A DNA stretch of 64,000 nt from Thermoplasmata archaeon (GTDB lineage: Archaea; Thermoplasmatota; Thermoplasmata; Lutacidiplasmatales; UBA184), in contig JAWOKS010000035.1 of assembly GCA_033854115.1 (NCBI GenBank), positions 4,341 to 68,340 on the forward strand. Direction: 5' to 3'. The position numbers and the translations under genes are program-made. The notes beneath the pieces are model-generated. The model ran no database searches, was not told where the DNA came from, and saw only the letters and a program-made list of their open reading frames with translations. Shown here piece after piece: positions 28,062 through 37,118 of this stretch. Positions within the stretch are counted from its first letter, which is position 1. Each line of letters opens with the position of its first letter.

Positions 28062-28756
28062 CGGGACCGGAGCTCGCGGAACGGGATCGTCTCCGCCGGC
28101 ACCCCCCGCCGGTGAAGCGCGTCGGTGAGCCCGGGCAGGTGGGCGTCGCCGACGACCGCGGCGATACGGCCGTAGCCGTGGGCACGGAGGTGGACGAGGC
28201 GCTCGGCCATGTGCTCGTTCCGGTCGTCGAGCAGGACCTTCGCGAGGGTCGGGCTGGCCTGTCGGAGCTCCTCGGCGAAGCCGGTCGGGTCCTCGGCGTA
28301 GCGGTCCATCTCGCGCGTCACGACGCGCGCCGGCACGAACAGGCCGACGAACGCGCCAACGATCAGGCGGACGCGCTCCCGCGGGGGCATCGACCGGACG
28401 AGGGAGGCGAGCGTCACCTGGATCGGGTCGTCGATCAGGAAGAGGGGGAGCGACCGCGCGTTCGCGACGTGCGCCGCGACCTTCATCTCCTCGCCCGCTC
28501 CGCCGCCCCCGATCTCCGCCCCGAGGCGCCGCTGGAGATGGGCCCAGAGGCGCGCAAGGAGGGGGGCGCCCCGGGCGCGGCCCTGTCCCTCCCCCGGCTT
28601 GAGGAGCGCGTCGGCGCGCGCCCGGTCGAGCTCGACCGCGATCCCGTCGAGCGGACGTTCCGCGAGCGCCCGGCGAAGCGGCTCGGCCAGGTCGATCACG
28701 TGGGCGACCCCGACGAGCAGGACCGGGGCCTCGACGGTGCTCGCGTACCGGATCAC
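28058..28756 (-). CDS. TraB/PrgY (GumN-like) family protein
   Basis: VLLVGVAHV..., GIAVELD and LDDRNEHMAERL pattern. GTG start. Confidence 0.7.
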   Translation of the reverse strand: MIRYASTVEAPVLLVGVAHVIDLAEPLRRALAERPLDGIAVELDRARADALLKPGEGQGRARGAPLLARLWAHLQRRLGAEIGGGGAGEEMKVAAHVANARSLPLFLIDDPIQVTLASLVRSMPPRERVRLIVGAFVGLFVPARVVTREMDRYAEDPTGFAEELRQASPTLAKVLLDDRNEHMAERLVHLRAHGYGRIAAVVGDAHLPGLTDALHRRGVPAETIPFRELRSR

Positions 28757-28844
28757 GCCCGTACGAGGACGCCACTCCTCTTGTGCTCTGGTCCCCGCGA
28801 GGTCCGGACGCCGGCCCCCGGCGGTCGCCGGTCGCCGCCAACGG

Positions 28845-28853
28845 CCTTATACC
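28845..28853 (+). promoter_or_regulatory. TATA-like box for the 100-aa ORF (leaderless geometry)
   Basis: ccttatacc centred about 26 nt upstream of ATG 28875. Confidence 0.45.
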
Positions 28854-28874
28854 ATGGCGCGGTCGCGGCGGGCG

Positions 28875-29177
28875 ATGGCCTGGACGATCTTCTCGATCCC
28901 GTCGACCCGACGCACGGAGCTCGAGGCGGCGTTGAAGGACGACCTCGTCTCCCGGCAGAGCCACAAGGTCCGGGACGCGGCGAGCCTCGGCGGTCCCGCT
29001 GGCTCGACCTACGTCCTCGTCGAGGGGGCGGGTGAGGCGATCCACCGCGCGAACGAGCTCCTGGGCCCTCTCGGGAGCCATCTCGGCGGATCGGACGCGG
29101 AGAACCTCTACCGCCGATTGAAGGACGAGGAAGAGGCCGCCTCGGCCGGCATGGGCCTCTTCTTCACCGAGGACTGA
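28875..29177 (+). CDS. Small hypothetical protein ending in an acidic-hydrophobic tail EEEAASAGMGLFFTED
   Basis: 100 aa with GC-rich third codon positions. Start chosen from TATA spacing; in-frame ATG 28854 is an alternative. Confidence 0.5.
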   Translation: MAWTIFSIPSTRRTELEAALKDDLVSRQSHKVRDAASLGGPAGSTYVLVEGAGEAIHRANELLGPLGSHLGGSDAENLYRRLKDEEEAASAGMGLFFTED

Positions 29178-29241
29178 GCACGCGGGTCCCGGGCCGGCGG
29201 ACCCACCGAGGGGCCGACCGGACCGCGGGGAGCGGGTGGGT

Positions 29242-30033
29242 TCACTCGGGCGTCGGCGCGTGCGACGGCTCGAGGTCCTCGCCACCCGCGAAGACCCGCT
29301 GGCATTCCCGGTAGAACTCCTCGAGGCCGGTCCGCTCCTTCGCGGAGGTCGGGAGGAGCCCCGCGAGCGGGCCCATCACCTCGATCGCGCGGAAGAGCTC
29401 GGTGGAGAGCTGGACGTCCGGGGTCGGCGAGCTCGCGGTCACCGCGTCGTAGAGCCGCCCCGGCTCCTCGGCCCAGGCGACGAGCTCGCTCCGCCGCTCG
29501 GGCGCAAGGGCGTCGGCCTTCGCGAGGACGTTCACGAGCGGCAGGCGGAAGCGGAACTCGACGGTCGCGCTCAGCATGAGGAGCGAGACGAAGCCCGCGG
29601 CGTTCCGGGCGAGCGCCGGATCGAACAGGAACGCGAGCAGCGAACGGTCCCCCCCGAGCGCGTCCACGATCGCCTTCGAGGCCTCGCGGAAGGCGAACAG
29701 CTCGATCTGGCCCGGCGTGTCGACCAGCACGTAGTCCGCCTTGACCTCCTGGAGCGCCTGCTTCACCTCGAAGACCTTGAGCGCGATCATGTCGGCCGCG
29801 GCGACCTGGGCGCCGTTCGGCCCGAGCCCGTACTCGTCCTGGATGTCCGCGAGCCGTACCCAGTCCCGGATGTCGACGTCGGGCTCGAGCTCGGTCCCCT
29901 CGAGGCCGGGGTCGAGGTTGACGATGCCCGCGTCGTAGCCCGCGGTCCGCATCCAGTCGGCGAACGCGCGGACGAAGCTCGTCTTCCCGGCGCCGGCCGT
30001 CCCGGTGACGAAGACGACCGCCGTCTCCTCCAT
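29242..30033 (-). CDS. GPN-loop GTPase
   Basis: VFVTGTAGAGKTS P-loop, NLDPG (GPN-type loop), VDTPGQIELF. Confidence 0.85.
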   Translation of the reverse strand: MEETAVVFVTGTAGAGKTSFVRAFADWMRTAGYDAGIVNLDPGLEGTELEPDVDIRDWVRLADIQDEYGLGPNGAQVAAADMIALKVFEVKQALQEVKADYVLVDTPGQIELFAFREASKAIVDALGGDRSLLAFLFDPALARNAAGFVSLLMLSATVEFRFRLPLVNVLAKADALAPERRSELVAWAEEPGRLYDAVTASSPTPDVQLSTELFRAIEVMGPLAGLLPTSAKERTGLEEFYRECQRVFAGGEDLEPSHAPTPE

Positions 30034-30333
30034 CTACGGCTTCCCTCCGCCGCCGGGCGCGCGCCGGAGCTCCTTCGCGAGGGCCCGGAGGAACGCCGCC
30101 TTCGACGTCCCGGCCTTCTTCGTGACCTTGACGCGCCCGGCGTAGGTGAAGAAGCGGCGCGGGTAGTGCTTGTCCGCCTCCACCTCGGCCTTCGCCCCGA
30201 GGCGGCGGGCGGCGTCCGCGATCTGTTCGGCGCTCACCTCGTTCACGCCCTCGGCCGTCGGCACCCGGCGGCCGGCGGCCCGGCTCGTCCCCTTCTCGAG
30301 GTAGGCCGGGTAGACGTAGAAGTGGTCGGGCAT
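30034..30333 (-). CDS. srp19: Signal recognition particle protein SRP19
   Basis: 99 aa with VYPAYLEKGTSRAAGRRVP, typical of the SRP19 N-terminus. Directly abuts the GPN GTPase start. Confidence 0.9.
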   Translation of the reverse strand: MPDHFYVYPAYLEKGTSRAAGRRVPTAEGVNEVSAEQIADAARRLGAKAEVEADKHYPRRFFTYAGRVKVTKKAGTSKAAFLRALAKELRRAPGGGGKP

Positions 30334-30352
30334 CGGGCCCGCCGTCCGTCGC

Positions 30353-30745
30353 CTAGCTCGCGGCGGGCGGGAGACGGACCCCGTTGAGGATCCCGTCTTG
30401 GCCGGGGCGGGAAAGGACCCGGACCAGCCCGACCTCCGTCTCGAGGATGGCGCCGCGCGTGATGATGTTCCGCTGGACGTAGTTCGGGTTCGCGGGGTTC
30501 TCCCGCACGGTGACGATCTTCGCCCGCTGCATCTTCTTCGTCGCGGGGTCGTAGACGTTGATCGTCTGGGCCGTGAGGATCCGCAACTTCTGGTTCGCTC
30601 CCCGGACCCGGTAGGTCTTCACCGTCCCGGTCCCGAGCGTCGCGGTCTGGAGCTCGCGGGCGATCTCGAAGCGACGCTTCTTGCGGATCGGGCGCAACCG
30701 CCCGCCGGTCCGCTTCCGCCGTGATCGGCCCTGCCAGATCCCCAT
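30353..30745 (-). CDS. rps8e: 30S ribosomal protein S8e
   Basis: Sequence from ATG 30745 onward (MGIWQGRSRRKRTGG...RGANQK.R) matches S8e. Confidence 0.92.
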   Translation of the reverse strand: MGIWQGRSRRKRTGGRLRPIRKKRRFEIARELQTATLGTGTVKTYRVRGANQKLRILTAQTINVYDPATKKMQRAKIVTVRENPANPNYVQRNIITRGAILETEVGLVRVLSRPGQDGILNGVRLPPAAS

Positions 30746-30881
30746 GGAGCTCCGAGGGAGGTCGTGCGACCGGCGCTCGCTATTTGAGCCTTTCACGCTC
30801 GGCGGGCGCTCCCGGCCTCCCCGCCTCCCCCCCGCGCTCCGCGCTTCCGACCTGCGCTCGGGCGAGCCCCGTCCCGAGGCC

Positions 30882-30889
30882 GCTATACC
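30882..30889 (+). promoter_or_regulatory. TATA-like box for rnhB (leaderless geometry)
   Basis: gctatacc centred about 26 nt upstream of GTG 30912. Confidence 0.45.
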
Positions 30890-30911
30890 GCAGCGGACCT
30901 TCCGAGCCGCC

Positions 30912-31586
30912 GTGCTCGGCCGCAGGCCCGAGACCGTCGTGGGGGTGGACGAGGCCGGCCGGGGCGCCTGGATCGGTCCGCTCGTCGTCGGGGCGGTCGC
31001 GGTCGCGCGCTCCGCGATCCCCGAGCTCGTCCGAGCGGGCGCCCGGGACTCGAAGGCCCTCTCGCCCCGCGCGCGCGAGGAGGTTTACGCGCGGCTCGAG
31101 CGCGCGGCCGAGCTGAGGTCGGTCGAGGCGTCGCCGGCCGAGGTCGACCGCCACGCGGAGGACGGTCGGTTGAACGAGCTCGAGGCCCGGCTGTTCGGCG
31201 AGCTCGCGCGCCCGCTCGTTCCCGCGGAGCTCCGCGTCGACGCGTGCGACGTGAACCCCCGCCGTTTCGCCTCGCGCGTCGCGGCTCACGCCGGGCCCGG
31301 GGCGACGGTCATCGCCCGCCACCGTTACGACGCACTCGACCCCGTGGTCGGCGCGGCCTCGATCGTGGCGAAGGTCCGCCGCGACCGTGCGATCCGGGCG
31401 CTCGCCGAAAACCTCCGCGCCGAGATCGGGAGCGGCTACCCTTCGGACGCGCGGACCGTCGCCTTCGTGCGCGGGTTCGTCCGCCGGGACGCGCCGCTCC
31501 CCCCGTGGCTGCGCGCGTCGTGGGCGACGACACAAAGGGTTATCGGCAGCCCGCCGCCTCGAGCGGCCCGCTGGAGCGACCGATGA
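30912..31586 (+). CDS. rnhB: Ribonuclease HII
   Basis: VVGVDEAGRGAWIGPLVVGAV catalytic N-terminus and SGYPSD. Start at GTG 30912 inside track ORF 30681-31586. Confidence 0.88.
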   Translation: MLGRRPETVVGVDEAGRGAWIGPLVVGAVAVARSAIPELVRAGARDSKALSPRAREEVYARLERAAELRSVEASPAEVDRHAEDGRLNELEARLFGELARPLVPAELRVDACDVNPRRFASRVAAHAGPGATVIARHRYDALDPVVGAASIVAKVRRDRAIRALAENLRAEIGSGYPSDARTVAFVRGFVRRDAPLPPWLRASWATTQRVIGSPPPRAARWSDR

Positions 31587-31918
31587 CGGTGGAGGAGACC
31601 TTGGCCTCGCTCGTCGACCGCTTCAACCGCCGGGTCGCGAAGACCCCGGCCCTCGCCGAGGAGCTCCAGGGCGTCGCGCGCACGATCGCGATCCGCCTCG
31701 GCGAGGGCGGGAGCTACGCCGTCGACCTCGCGAACGGCCGGCTCTCGAATCTCCGGAGCGGCGCTCCCTCGACCGCGGACCTTTCGATCTCCACCGACCC
31801 GGCGACGTTCCAGGGACTCGTGCACAAGGAGATCGGCCCGATGAAGGCCCTCGTCACCCGCCGGCTCGCGATCGACGGGAGCCTCGAGGACAAGCTCCTC
31901 CTTCGAAGGCTCCTCTAG
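31583..31918 (+). CDS. SCP2 sterol-carrier-like domain protein
   Basis: 111 aa, with KALVTRRLAIDGSLEDKLLL typical of the SCP2 C-terminus. ATGA overlap with the rnhB stop. Confidence 0.65.
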   Translation: MTVEETLASLVDRFNRRVAKTPALAEELQGVARTIAIRLGEGGSYAVDLANGRLSNLRSGAPSTADLSISTDPATFQGLVHKEIGPMKALVTRRLAIDGSLEDKLLLRRLL

Positions 31919-31929
31919 GCGCGCCCGCC

Positions 31930-32430
31930 CTACGGAAGGAAGACGCAGGCGGCGACGCAGACCCCGTAGTGGTCCATCGGGATCGAGAGCTCCTCGGTCC
32001 GGTAGTGGATCCGCCGGAGCTCGACGCCCCGGAAGTGGGCGATCTCCTCCATGCGCCACTTGAGGAACTCCTTGAGCGACTTCTGCGTCCCATGGAGGTG
32101 GCCCTCGGCGACGTAGCCGCCCTCGCCGTCGGAGCGGAAGCCGTAGGCGATTCCCGCGCTGATCACCTCGCCCTCGCCGCCCCCGTGGCGGGCGAGGACG
32201 CAGTGCGTGATCGCCCCGCGCGCGATCGGCACGCGGTCCGACTGGCGGATGCCGACCGGCAGGACGGACGAGACGCTGACGAGGTTCTGCTCGCCGATGC
32301 CGGCCTGAAGAAGGGCGAGGTCGAAGGCGTTCAGCTCGCTCGTCTTGTTGATCCCCTTGCCGCTCGTCACGAAGAAGCGCGAGGGGACCGGTACGAGCGT
32401 CTGACCGAGCGGTGTTCGGGTCGGGGCCAC
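31930..32430 (-). CDS. pdaD: Pyruvoyl-dependent arginine decarboxylase
   Basis: FFVTSGKG and the self-cleavage region NLVSVSSVLP. Confidence 0.85.
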   Translation of the reverse strand: MAPTRTPLGQTLVPVPSRFFVTSGKGINKTSELNAFDLALLQAGIGEQNLVSVSSVLPVGIRQSDRVPIARGAITHCVLARHGGGEGEVISAGIAYGFRSDGEGGYVAEGHLHGTQKSLKEFLKWRMEEIAHFRGVELRRIHYRTEELSIPMDHYGVCVAACVFLP

Positions 32431-32480
32431 GGGTCGGGGAGAGCGGGACCTCCTTAAGGTTTGAGCGACGACCCGGTCCG

Positions 32481-33047
32481 CTACACCATGATCGCGTGGC
32501 GGCCCCGCATCGACGCCTCGGTCTCGCCACGCACGGCGAGGAGCTCCGCGACGAGCGCGTCCGTCAGGCGGAGGCTCGCCGACTCGAACAGCGTCCCGAG
32601 CGGCGCGAGGCGGGGCCGCTCGGCCTCGTCCGGGAACTCGAGCGAGATGAGGAGCGAGGCCGTGTGGGCGAGCTTCGAGGTCGACCGCGCGGTGAGGACG
32701 ATGAGCTCCGCGCCCTCGCGGCGGACGATGTTCGCCGTCTGGATCGACGAGTAGCTCTCGCCCTGGCCGGAGAGGATGAACACCGCGTCGCCCCGACGCA
32801 CGATCGGCGTCACGCTCTCGCCGATGACGTATGCCCGGAGCCCGGTCTGGACGAGCCGCATCGCGAACGCCCGCCCGACAATCCCGCTGCGCCCCGCGCC
32901 GTAGACGAAGATCTGCGGGGCCTTCGCCAGGATCTGCACCGCCCGGTCGACGAGCGTCGGGTCGACCTGGGCGAGCGCGTTCGTCACGCGGTCGCCGATG
33001 TAGCGCTGCGCCCGGACGAACGTCGACGGGCTAGCGTCGGGGGCCAT
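32481..33047 (-). CDS. SIS-domain protein, 6-phospho-3-hexuloisomerase-like
   Basis: IFVYGAGRSGIVGRAFAMRL and FILSGQGES pattern. Confidence 0.7.
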   Translation of the reverse strand: MAPDASPSTFVRAQRYIGDRVTNALAQVDPTLVDRAVQILAKAPQIFVYGAGRSGIVGRAFAMRLVQTGLRAYVIGESVTPIVRRGDAVFILSGQGESYSSIQTANIVRREGAELIVLTARSTSKLAHTASLLISLEFPDEAERPRLAPLGTLFESASLRLTDALVAELLAVRGETEASMRGRHAIMV

Positions 33048-34299
33048 GACCGCCTCCTTGGGCGGAGGCTCGCTTCCCCTTCGGCCGGGGCCGCGGGCGA
33101 GGGTGCGCGGGCTTCGTGCGGCGCGCGGGCGGGGCCGGCCTCGACGTGGGCCGGTGCTCCCGCTCGCGCGCGCCGGACGACGCGCGGTGGGAGGCGGCCG
33201 CGACGACCGGCGCGGGGCGCGCCGGGGGACGGGACGGCGCGGGAGCGGACGCGGGAGGCCGCGCGGCCGGCTTCGGGACGGCCGCCGGATGGAGCTTCGC
33301 CCAGCGCTTCGAGAGCGCGCGCTCGTAGAGGAGCTTCATGTACATCGCGTCGTGCTCGAGCAGCGGCGAGCTCGAGATGACGCTCACGTCGTAGTCGCGC
33401 TCCGCGAGGAGCTCCGCGAGCGGGTCGAAACGGACGAGCCCGCGCTTGATCGGCGTCAGGCGGAACTCCCCCGGGCCGTAGAACTCGACCCCGGAGAAGT
33501 TGAGGTAGAGCGGCCCGTCCGCCGCCCGGGAGAACTCGCGCACGATCGGCTCGAGCTCTTCCGCCTCCTCGAAGTTGCGGCGCTCGCGCGCCGCGAGGTG
33601 CGGCAGGTTGAGGACGGGCACCGTCCCCTTCGCCCGCCGGACGAGCTCGAGGACCTCCTCGCGCGAGCCGAAGACGTCCGGGTGGCCGCTCGGCTCGATC
33701 GCGAGGCGGACCTTGCCCTTCGAGAACTTCGTGAGCCAGCCGGCGAGGTCGGTCGCGATCTCGGTGAGCGCCTGGACCGAGTCGGCGCGGTCGCCGGGGC
33801 CGTAGAAGCCGAGGTGCGTCACGGCGAGCCGGGCGCCGAGCCCTTGGGCGAGGACCCCGGACCATTGGATCTGGCGCGTCGACTGCTCGCGGGAGTCCGC
33901 GGAACCGAAGAAGTCGACGTAGTACGGCGCGTGGAGCGTGAGCTCGACGTCGAGCCCGCGAGCGAGCCCCCGGGTCTGCTCGAGGTCGCCGTGGTCCTTC
34001 GCGAGGCTCCAGGTGAGGGTCGTGACGGAGTCCCGCCGGCGGAGCGGGGTCGTGAGCGCCTCGACGGTCGGCGCCGCGATCTCGCGGTCGCTCGCGCCCG
34101 CGCTCACGACGAGCTGCTGGGGGAGCTCGCGCGGGACCTTGCCGACCTCCTCGTCGAGGACCCTCCGGGTGAGCGGATTGACCTTGATGAACTGGATCTC
34201 CATCGCCGTGAGGCCGAGGTGATGGACGTCGGCGATCCCGTCCCGGAGCGTCCGCCCCTTGCACGAAAGCGGGATCCCCGCGGGACCGAACCGGATCAC
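33031..34299 (-). CDS. Xylose-isomerase-like TIM-barrel protein (AP endonuclease 2 / Nfo-like) with about 90-aa Pro/Ala/Arg-rich C-terminal tail
   Basis: MIRFGPAGIPLSCKG N-terminus and barrel-like repeats over the first about 330 aa. The tail is low complexity. Confidence 0.6.
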   Translation of the reverse strand: MIRFGPAGIPLSCKGRTLRDGIADVHHLGLTAMEIQFIKVNPLTRRVLDEEVGKVPRELPQQLVVSAGASDREIAAPTVEALTTPLRRRDSVTTLTWSLAKDHGDLEQTRGLARGLDVELTLHAPYYVDFFGSADSREQSTRQIQWSGVLAQGLGARLAVTHLGFYGPGDRADSVQALTEIATDLAGWLTKFSKGKVRLAIEPSGHPDVFGSREEVLELVRRAKGTVPVLNLPHLAARERRNFEEAEELEPIVREFSRAADGPLYLNFSGVEFYGPGEFRLTPIKRGLVRFDPLAELLAERDYDVSVISSSPLLEHDAMYMKLLYERALSKRWAKLHPAAVPKPAARPPASAPAPSRPPARPAPVVAAASHRASSGAREREHRPTSRPAPPARRTKPAHPRPRPRPKGKRASAQGGGHGPRR

Positions 34300-34389
34300 G
34301 AGAAATCAGGCCTCAATCGGGGAGAGGGCGGTAAGAAGCGGTCCTATATATCGGGGCACCGCCCACCCCGAGCGATCCGCCGCGCGTGC

Positions 34390-34986
34390 TCAGGCCCCGT
34401 GGAAACCGGTCGCCACGAGGTAGATCTCCGAGGATGCCTCGCGCGACGCCGCCGGCTTCGTCCGGCGCACGCGCGCGAACGCGCCGGCGAGCTTCGCCTC
34501 GAGCCCTGCGATCAGTTCGCCGTCGAACACCTTCGCCACGAACGCGCCCCCCGGGGCGAGGTGCCCGGCCGCGAGGCGGAACGCCGCGTCGACCAGCTCG
34601 ACCGACCGGGCATGGTCGGTCGCGTACGCGCCGCTGATCCGGGGCGAGAGGTCCGAGAGCACCACGTGGAACGGGGGACCGGCGAGCCGGGCGCTGAGCT
34701 CGGGGTCGCCGACCCGTCCGCGGATCCGCTCCACGCCCTCGATCGGCTCGATCGGCCGGAGGTCGACCGCGACGACGTGCCCGCGCGGCCCGACCGCCTC
34801 GGCCGCGACGAGCGCCCACCCGCCCGGGGCCGCCCCGAGGTCGAGCACGCGCAGACCCGGACGGAGGAGGTGGAAGCGCTCGTCGATCCACGCGAGCTTG
34901 AACGCCGCCCGCGATCGGAGGCCCTCGGCCTGCGCAGCGCGGTAGTAGGGGTCGCGGCGGCGCTCGGTGAGGAACCGGCGGGGCAT
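34390..34986 (-). CDS. rlmE: 23S rRNA 2'-O-ribose methyltransferase RlmE/FtsJ
   Basis: DPYYRAAQAEGLRSRAAFKL and VLDLGAAPGGW (SAM-binding motif). Confidence 0.9.
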   Translation of the reverse strand: MPRRFLTERRRDPYYRAAQAEGLRSRAAFKLAWIDERFHLLRPGLRVLDLGAAPGGWALVAAEAVGPRGHVVAVDLRPIEPIEGVERIRGRVGDPELSARLAGPPFHVVLSDLSPRISGAYATDHARSVELVDAAFRLAAGHLAPGGAFVAKVFDGELIAGLEAKLAGAFARVRRTKPAASREASSEIYLVATGFHGA

Positions 34987-35030
34987 CGGACGGGGACAGG
35001 GGGGCGCGCTACAAGAGCCGGCGCGGGGGA

Positions 35031-35105
35031 TGGGGCCGTCCGAATTTGAATCGGAGTCTCTTGCACCCCAAGCAAGAAGGATGGTCCAAGCTACCCCACG
35101 GCCCC
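35031..35105 (-). tRNA. tRNA-Pro (anticodon GGG)
   Basis: Folded by hand. 7-bp acceptor stem GGGGCCG/CGGCCCC, anticodon arm CTTGC-TTGGGGT-GCAAG, T-arm TCCGA-TTCAAAT-TCGGA. CCA is not encoded. Confidence 0.9.
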
Positions 35106-35166
35106 GACGCGCGCCGGCGGCGCGAGGACCAGGGTCTCCGAGATAACCCTTGTCCCGGACGCCAGC

Positions 35167-35343
35167 TCAGCGCACGAGCCACCAGGTGAGGATCCCCGCG
35201 ACGGAGATCACGAGCGTGTTGAGGAGCGCGAGCCAGAAGAACCCCCACAGCTCGCGTCGGCCCTCCTCCGGACCCACGTCGGCCGCCGGCGTCGAGCTCC
35301 CCGGGTAGGGCGTGTAGGGCGTCCGGTACGTCGCGCCGCTCAT
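35167..35343 (-). CDS. Small single-TM protein (58 aa), below the ORF-track length cutoff
   Basis: My translation: MSGATYRTPYTPYPGSSTPAADVGPEEGRRELWGFFWLALLNTLVISVAGILTWWLVR. Third codon positions are strongly G/C. AT-rich box ggttcttaacgg lies about 31 nt upstream. Confidence 0.5.
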   Translation of the reverse strand: MSGATYRTPYTPYPGSSTPAADVGPEEGRRELWGFFWLALLNTLVISVAGILTWWLVR

Positions 35344-35397
35344 CGTCCCGACCGTTCGACGCGCGGGCGGTTCTTAACGGCTCAGTTCGTAAGCCCG

Positions 35398-36111
35398 CTA
35401 AGCGGCGAACCACGGGACCCGGGACGCGGGGCCCCCCGGCTTCAGGACGATCAGGTGGAGGTTCGCGCCGGCGTCGCCCGGAGCGTAGCTGTCCCGCAGC
35501 GCAAGCTGGTAGAGCACGTAGAGCGCGTCCTCGTCGCTCTGCACCCCGAGCGAGCGGTAGACGTCGAGCCCGAACCTGAGGCGCAGGAGCGTGAGGAGCT
35601 CGCTGAAATCGACCGAGCCGGCTCCGCCCTCGTCGCGGGCCCGGCGGAAGAGGCCGACCACGGTCCCGGTCGCGAACCGAAGGATCTCCGCAGGGTCGGC
35701 CCGCCGCAGGACGAAGTGGGCCGGGGTCTCCCCGCGCTCGGGCGCGGGGACGACCAGGATCGAGATCTCGTGGTCGAGCGCGCCGCCCGCGATCACGCTG
35801 AGCCGCTCCCAGGCCTCGTCCGCGGCCGCGTCGCTCGGCGCGACGAAGATCGCCCGGCGCGGCTTCGCGGCCGCTCCGCGGGCCCGCTCGAGCCAGCGCC
35901 CGATCCCCTCGGTGAGCGCGGAGCCGTCGTACGCGGCGACGAAGACCGGGAACGTCCGGCGCGGGACGCCCGCCTCCTGGACCCAGAACGAGGCCTCCGG
36001 CTCGCGATGACGGCGCTCGGGCGGGACCCGGGCGTACCCGAGGCGGCGCAGCACGCTCTCGGCCTCGCGCGAGCGGAGGGTCGGGGACGGTCCGAGGTCG
36101 GTCTCTGGCAT
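35398..36111 (-). CDS. Hypothetical soluble protein (237 aa)
   Basis: Protein-like composition with an ATG start, 48 nt downstream of ctaB. I recognise no family motif. Confidence 0.55.
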   Translation of the reverse strand: MPETDLGPSPTLRSREAESVLRRLGYARVPPERRHREPEASFWVQEAGVPRRTFPVFVAAYDGSALTEGIGRWLERARGAAAKPRRAIFVAPSDAAADEAWERLSVIAGGALDHEISILVVPAPERGETPAHFVLRRADPAEILRFATGTVVGLFRRARDEGGAGSVDFSELLTLLRLRFGLDVYRSLGVQSDEDALYVLYQLALRDSYAPGDAGANLHLIVLKPGGPASRVPWFAA

Positions 36112-36159
36112 CGGGCCTCCTAGGTCGGACGCTCGAGATAAGGTGTTCCCGCGGCGCCT

Positions 36160-37101
36160 TCAGAAGCCGGCCGCGAACCCGGCCCTGAGGAGCGGGACGT
36201 TGGCCGCGAGCAGGAGGACGACCCCGAGCAGGTACGGCCCCGAGAAGAGGAACCCGCGGCGCGCGGTCCGCGCGGCCCCGCTCGACCACAGCGGGACCGT
36301 GACCGCGACGAACGCCCCTCCGAGCGCGAGGAGCCCGACGCTCACCGGCCAGGCGGTCGCGCCGGTCGCCCCGACCGCGACCCCGCTCGCCGCGAGGAGC
36401 CCGGCCGAGACGACCACGACCTTCCCCGAGAACCCCGGGTCGTCCATCTTCGGCAGCATGGGGAGCCCGGCCCGTGCGTAGTCGTCGCGGAGGAGGAGGG
36501 CGAGGCTCCAGAAGTGCGGGGGGGTCCAGAGGAAGACGAGAAGGGCGAGTGCGATCGCGCCGAGCGTCCAGCTCCCCACGGCCGCGGCGCTGCCCGCGAG
36601 GGCGGGTGCGCTCCCCGCGAACCCTCCGATGACGATGTTCCAGCTCGAGCGGCGCTTGAGCCAGGCGGTGTAGACGAGCACGTAGGTGGCCGCGCCGAGC
36701 AGGATCGAGACGGCGGTGAGCAGGTTGAGCAGGTAGGCGGATGCGCCGACCCCGACCGCGACGAACGTGAGGCCGAGCGCCGCGACCGCCGAGCCCGGGC
36801 GGATGCGGTCGGCCGCGAGCGGCCGGCCCCGGGTCCGCCGCATCTGGGGATCGAGGTCCCGGTCGAGGTACTGGTTCAGCATCGCCGAGCCCGCGCTCGC
36901 GCTGGCGCCCGTCGCGACCACCTCCGCGAGGCGGACGAGGTCGATCGCCCTCGGCGAGGCGAGGAGGAAGCCCGCGACCGCGACCAAGCAGATCAGCGCC
37001 GTGATCCCGGGCTTCGCGAGCGAGAACCAGTCGCGGAGCCGACCGGTCCTCCGGACCGGGGTGGGGTCGGGCGTAGCCTCCTGAGGACCGGACCCCGCCA
37101 C
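36160..37101 (-). CDS. ctaB: Protoheme IX farnesyltransferase (heme O synthase)
   Basis: UbiA-family pattern (LAKPGITALI, NQYLDRDLD, multiple TM helices). Start placed at in-frame GTG 37101, just after the ctaA stop. Confidence 0.86.
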   Translation of the reverse strand: MAGSGPQEATPDPTPVRRTGRLRDWFSLAKPGITALICLVAVAGFLLASPRAIDLVRLAEVVATGASASAGSAMLNQYLDRDLDPQMRRTRGRPLAADRIRPGSAVAALGLTFVAVGVGASAYLLNLLTAVSILLGAATYVLVYTAWLKRRSSWNIVIGGFAGSAPALAGSAAAVGSWTLGAIALALLVFLWTPPHFWSLALLLRDDYARAGLPMLPKMDDPGFSGKVVVVSAGLLAASGVAVGATGATAWPVSVGLLALGGAFVAVTVPLWSSGAARTARRGFLFSGPYLLGVVLLLAANVPLLRAGFAAGF

Positions 37102-37118
37102 GGCGACCCCCAGGGCCG

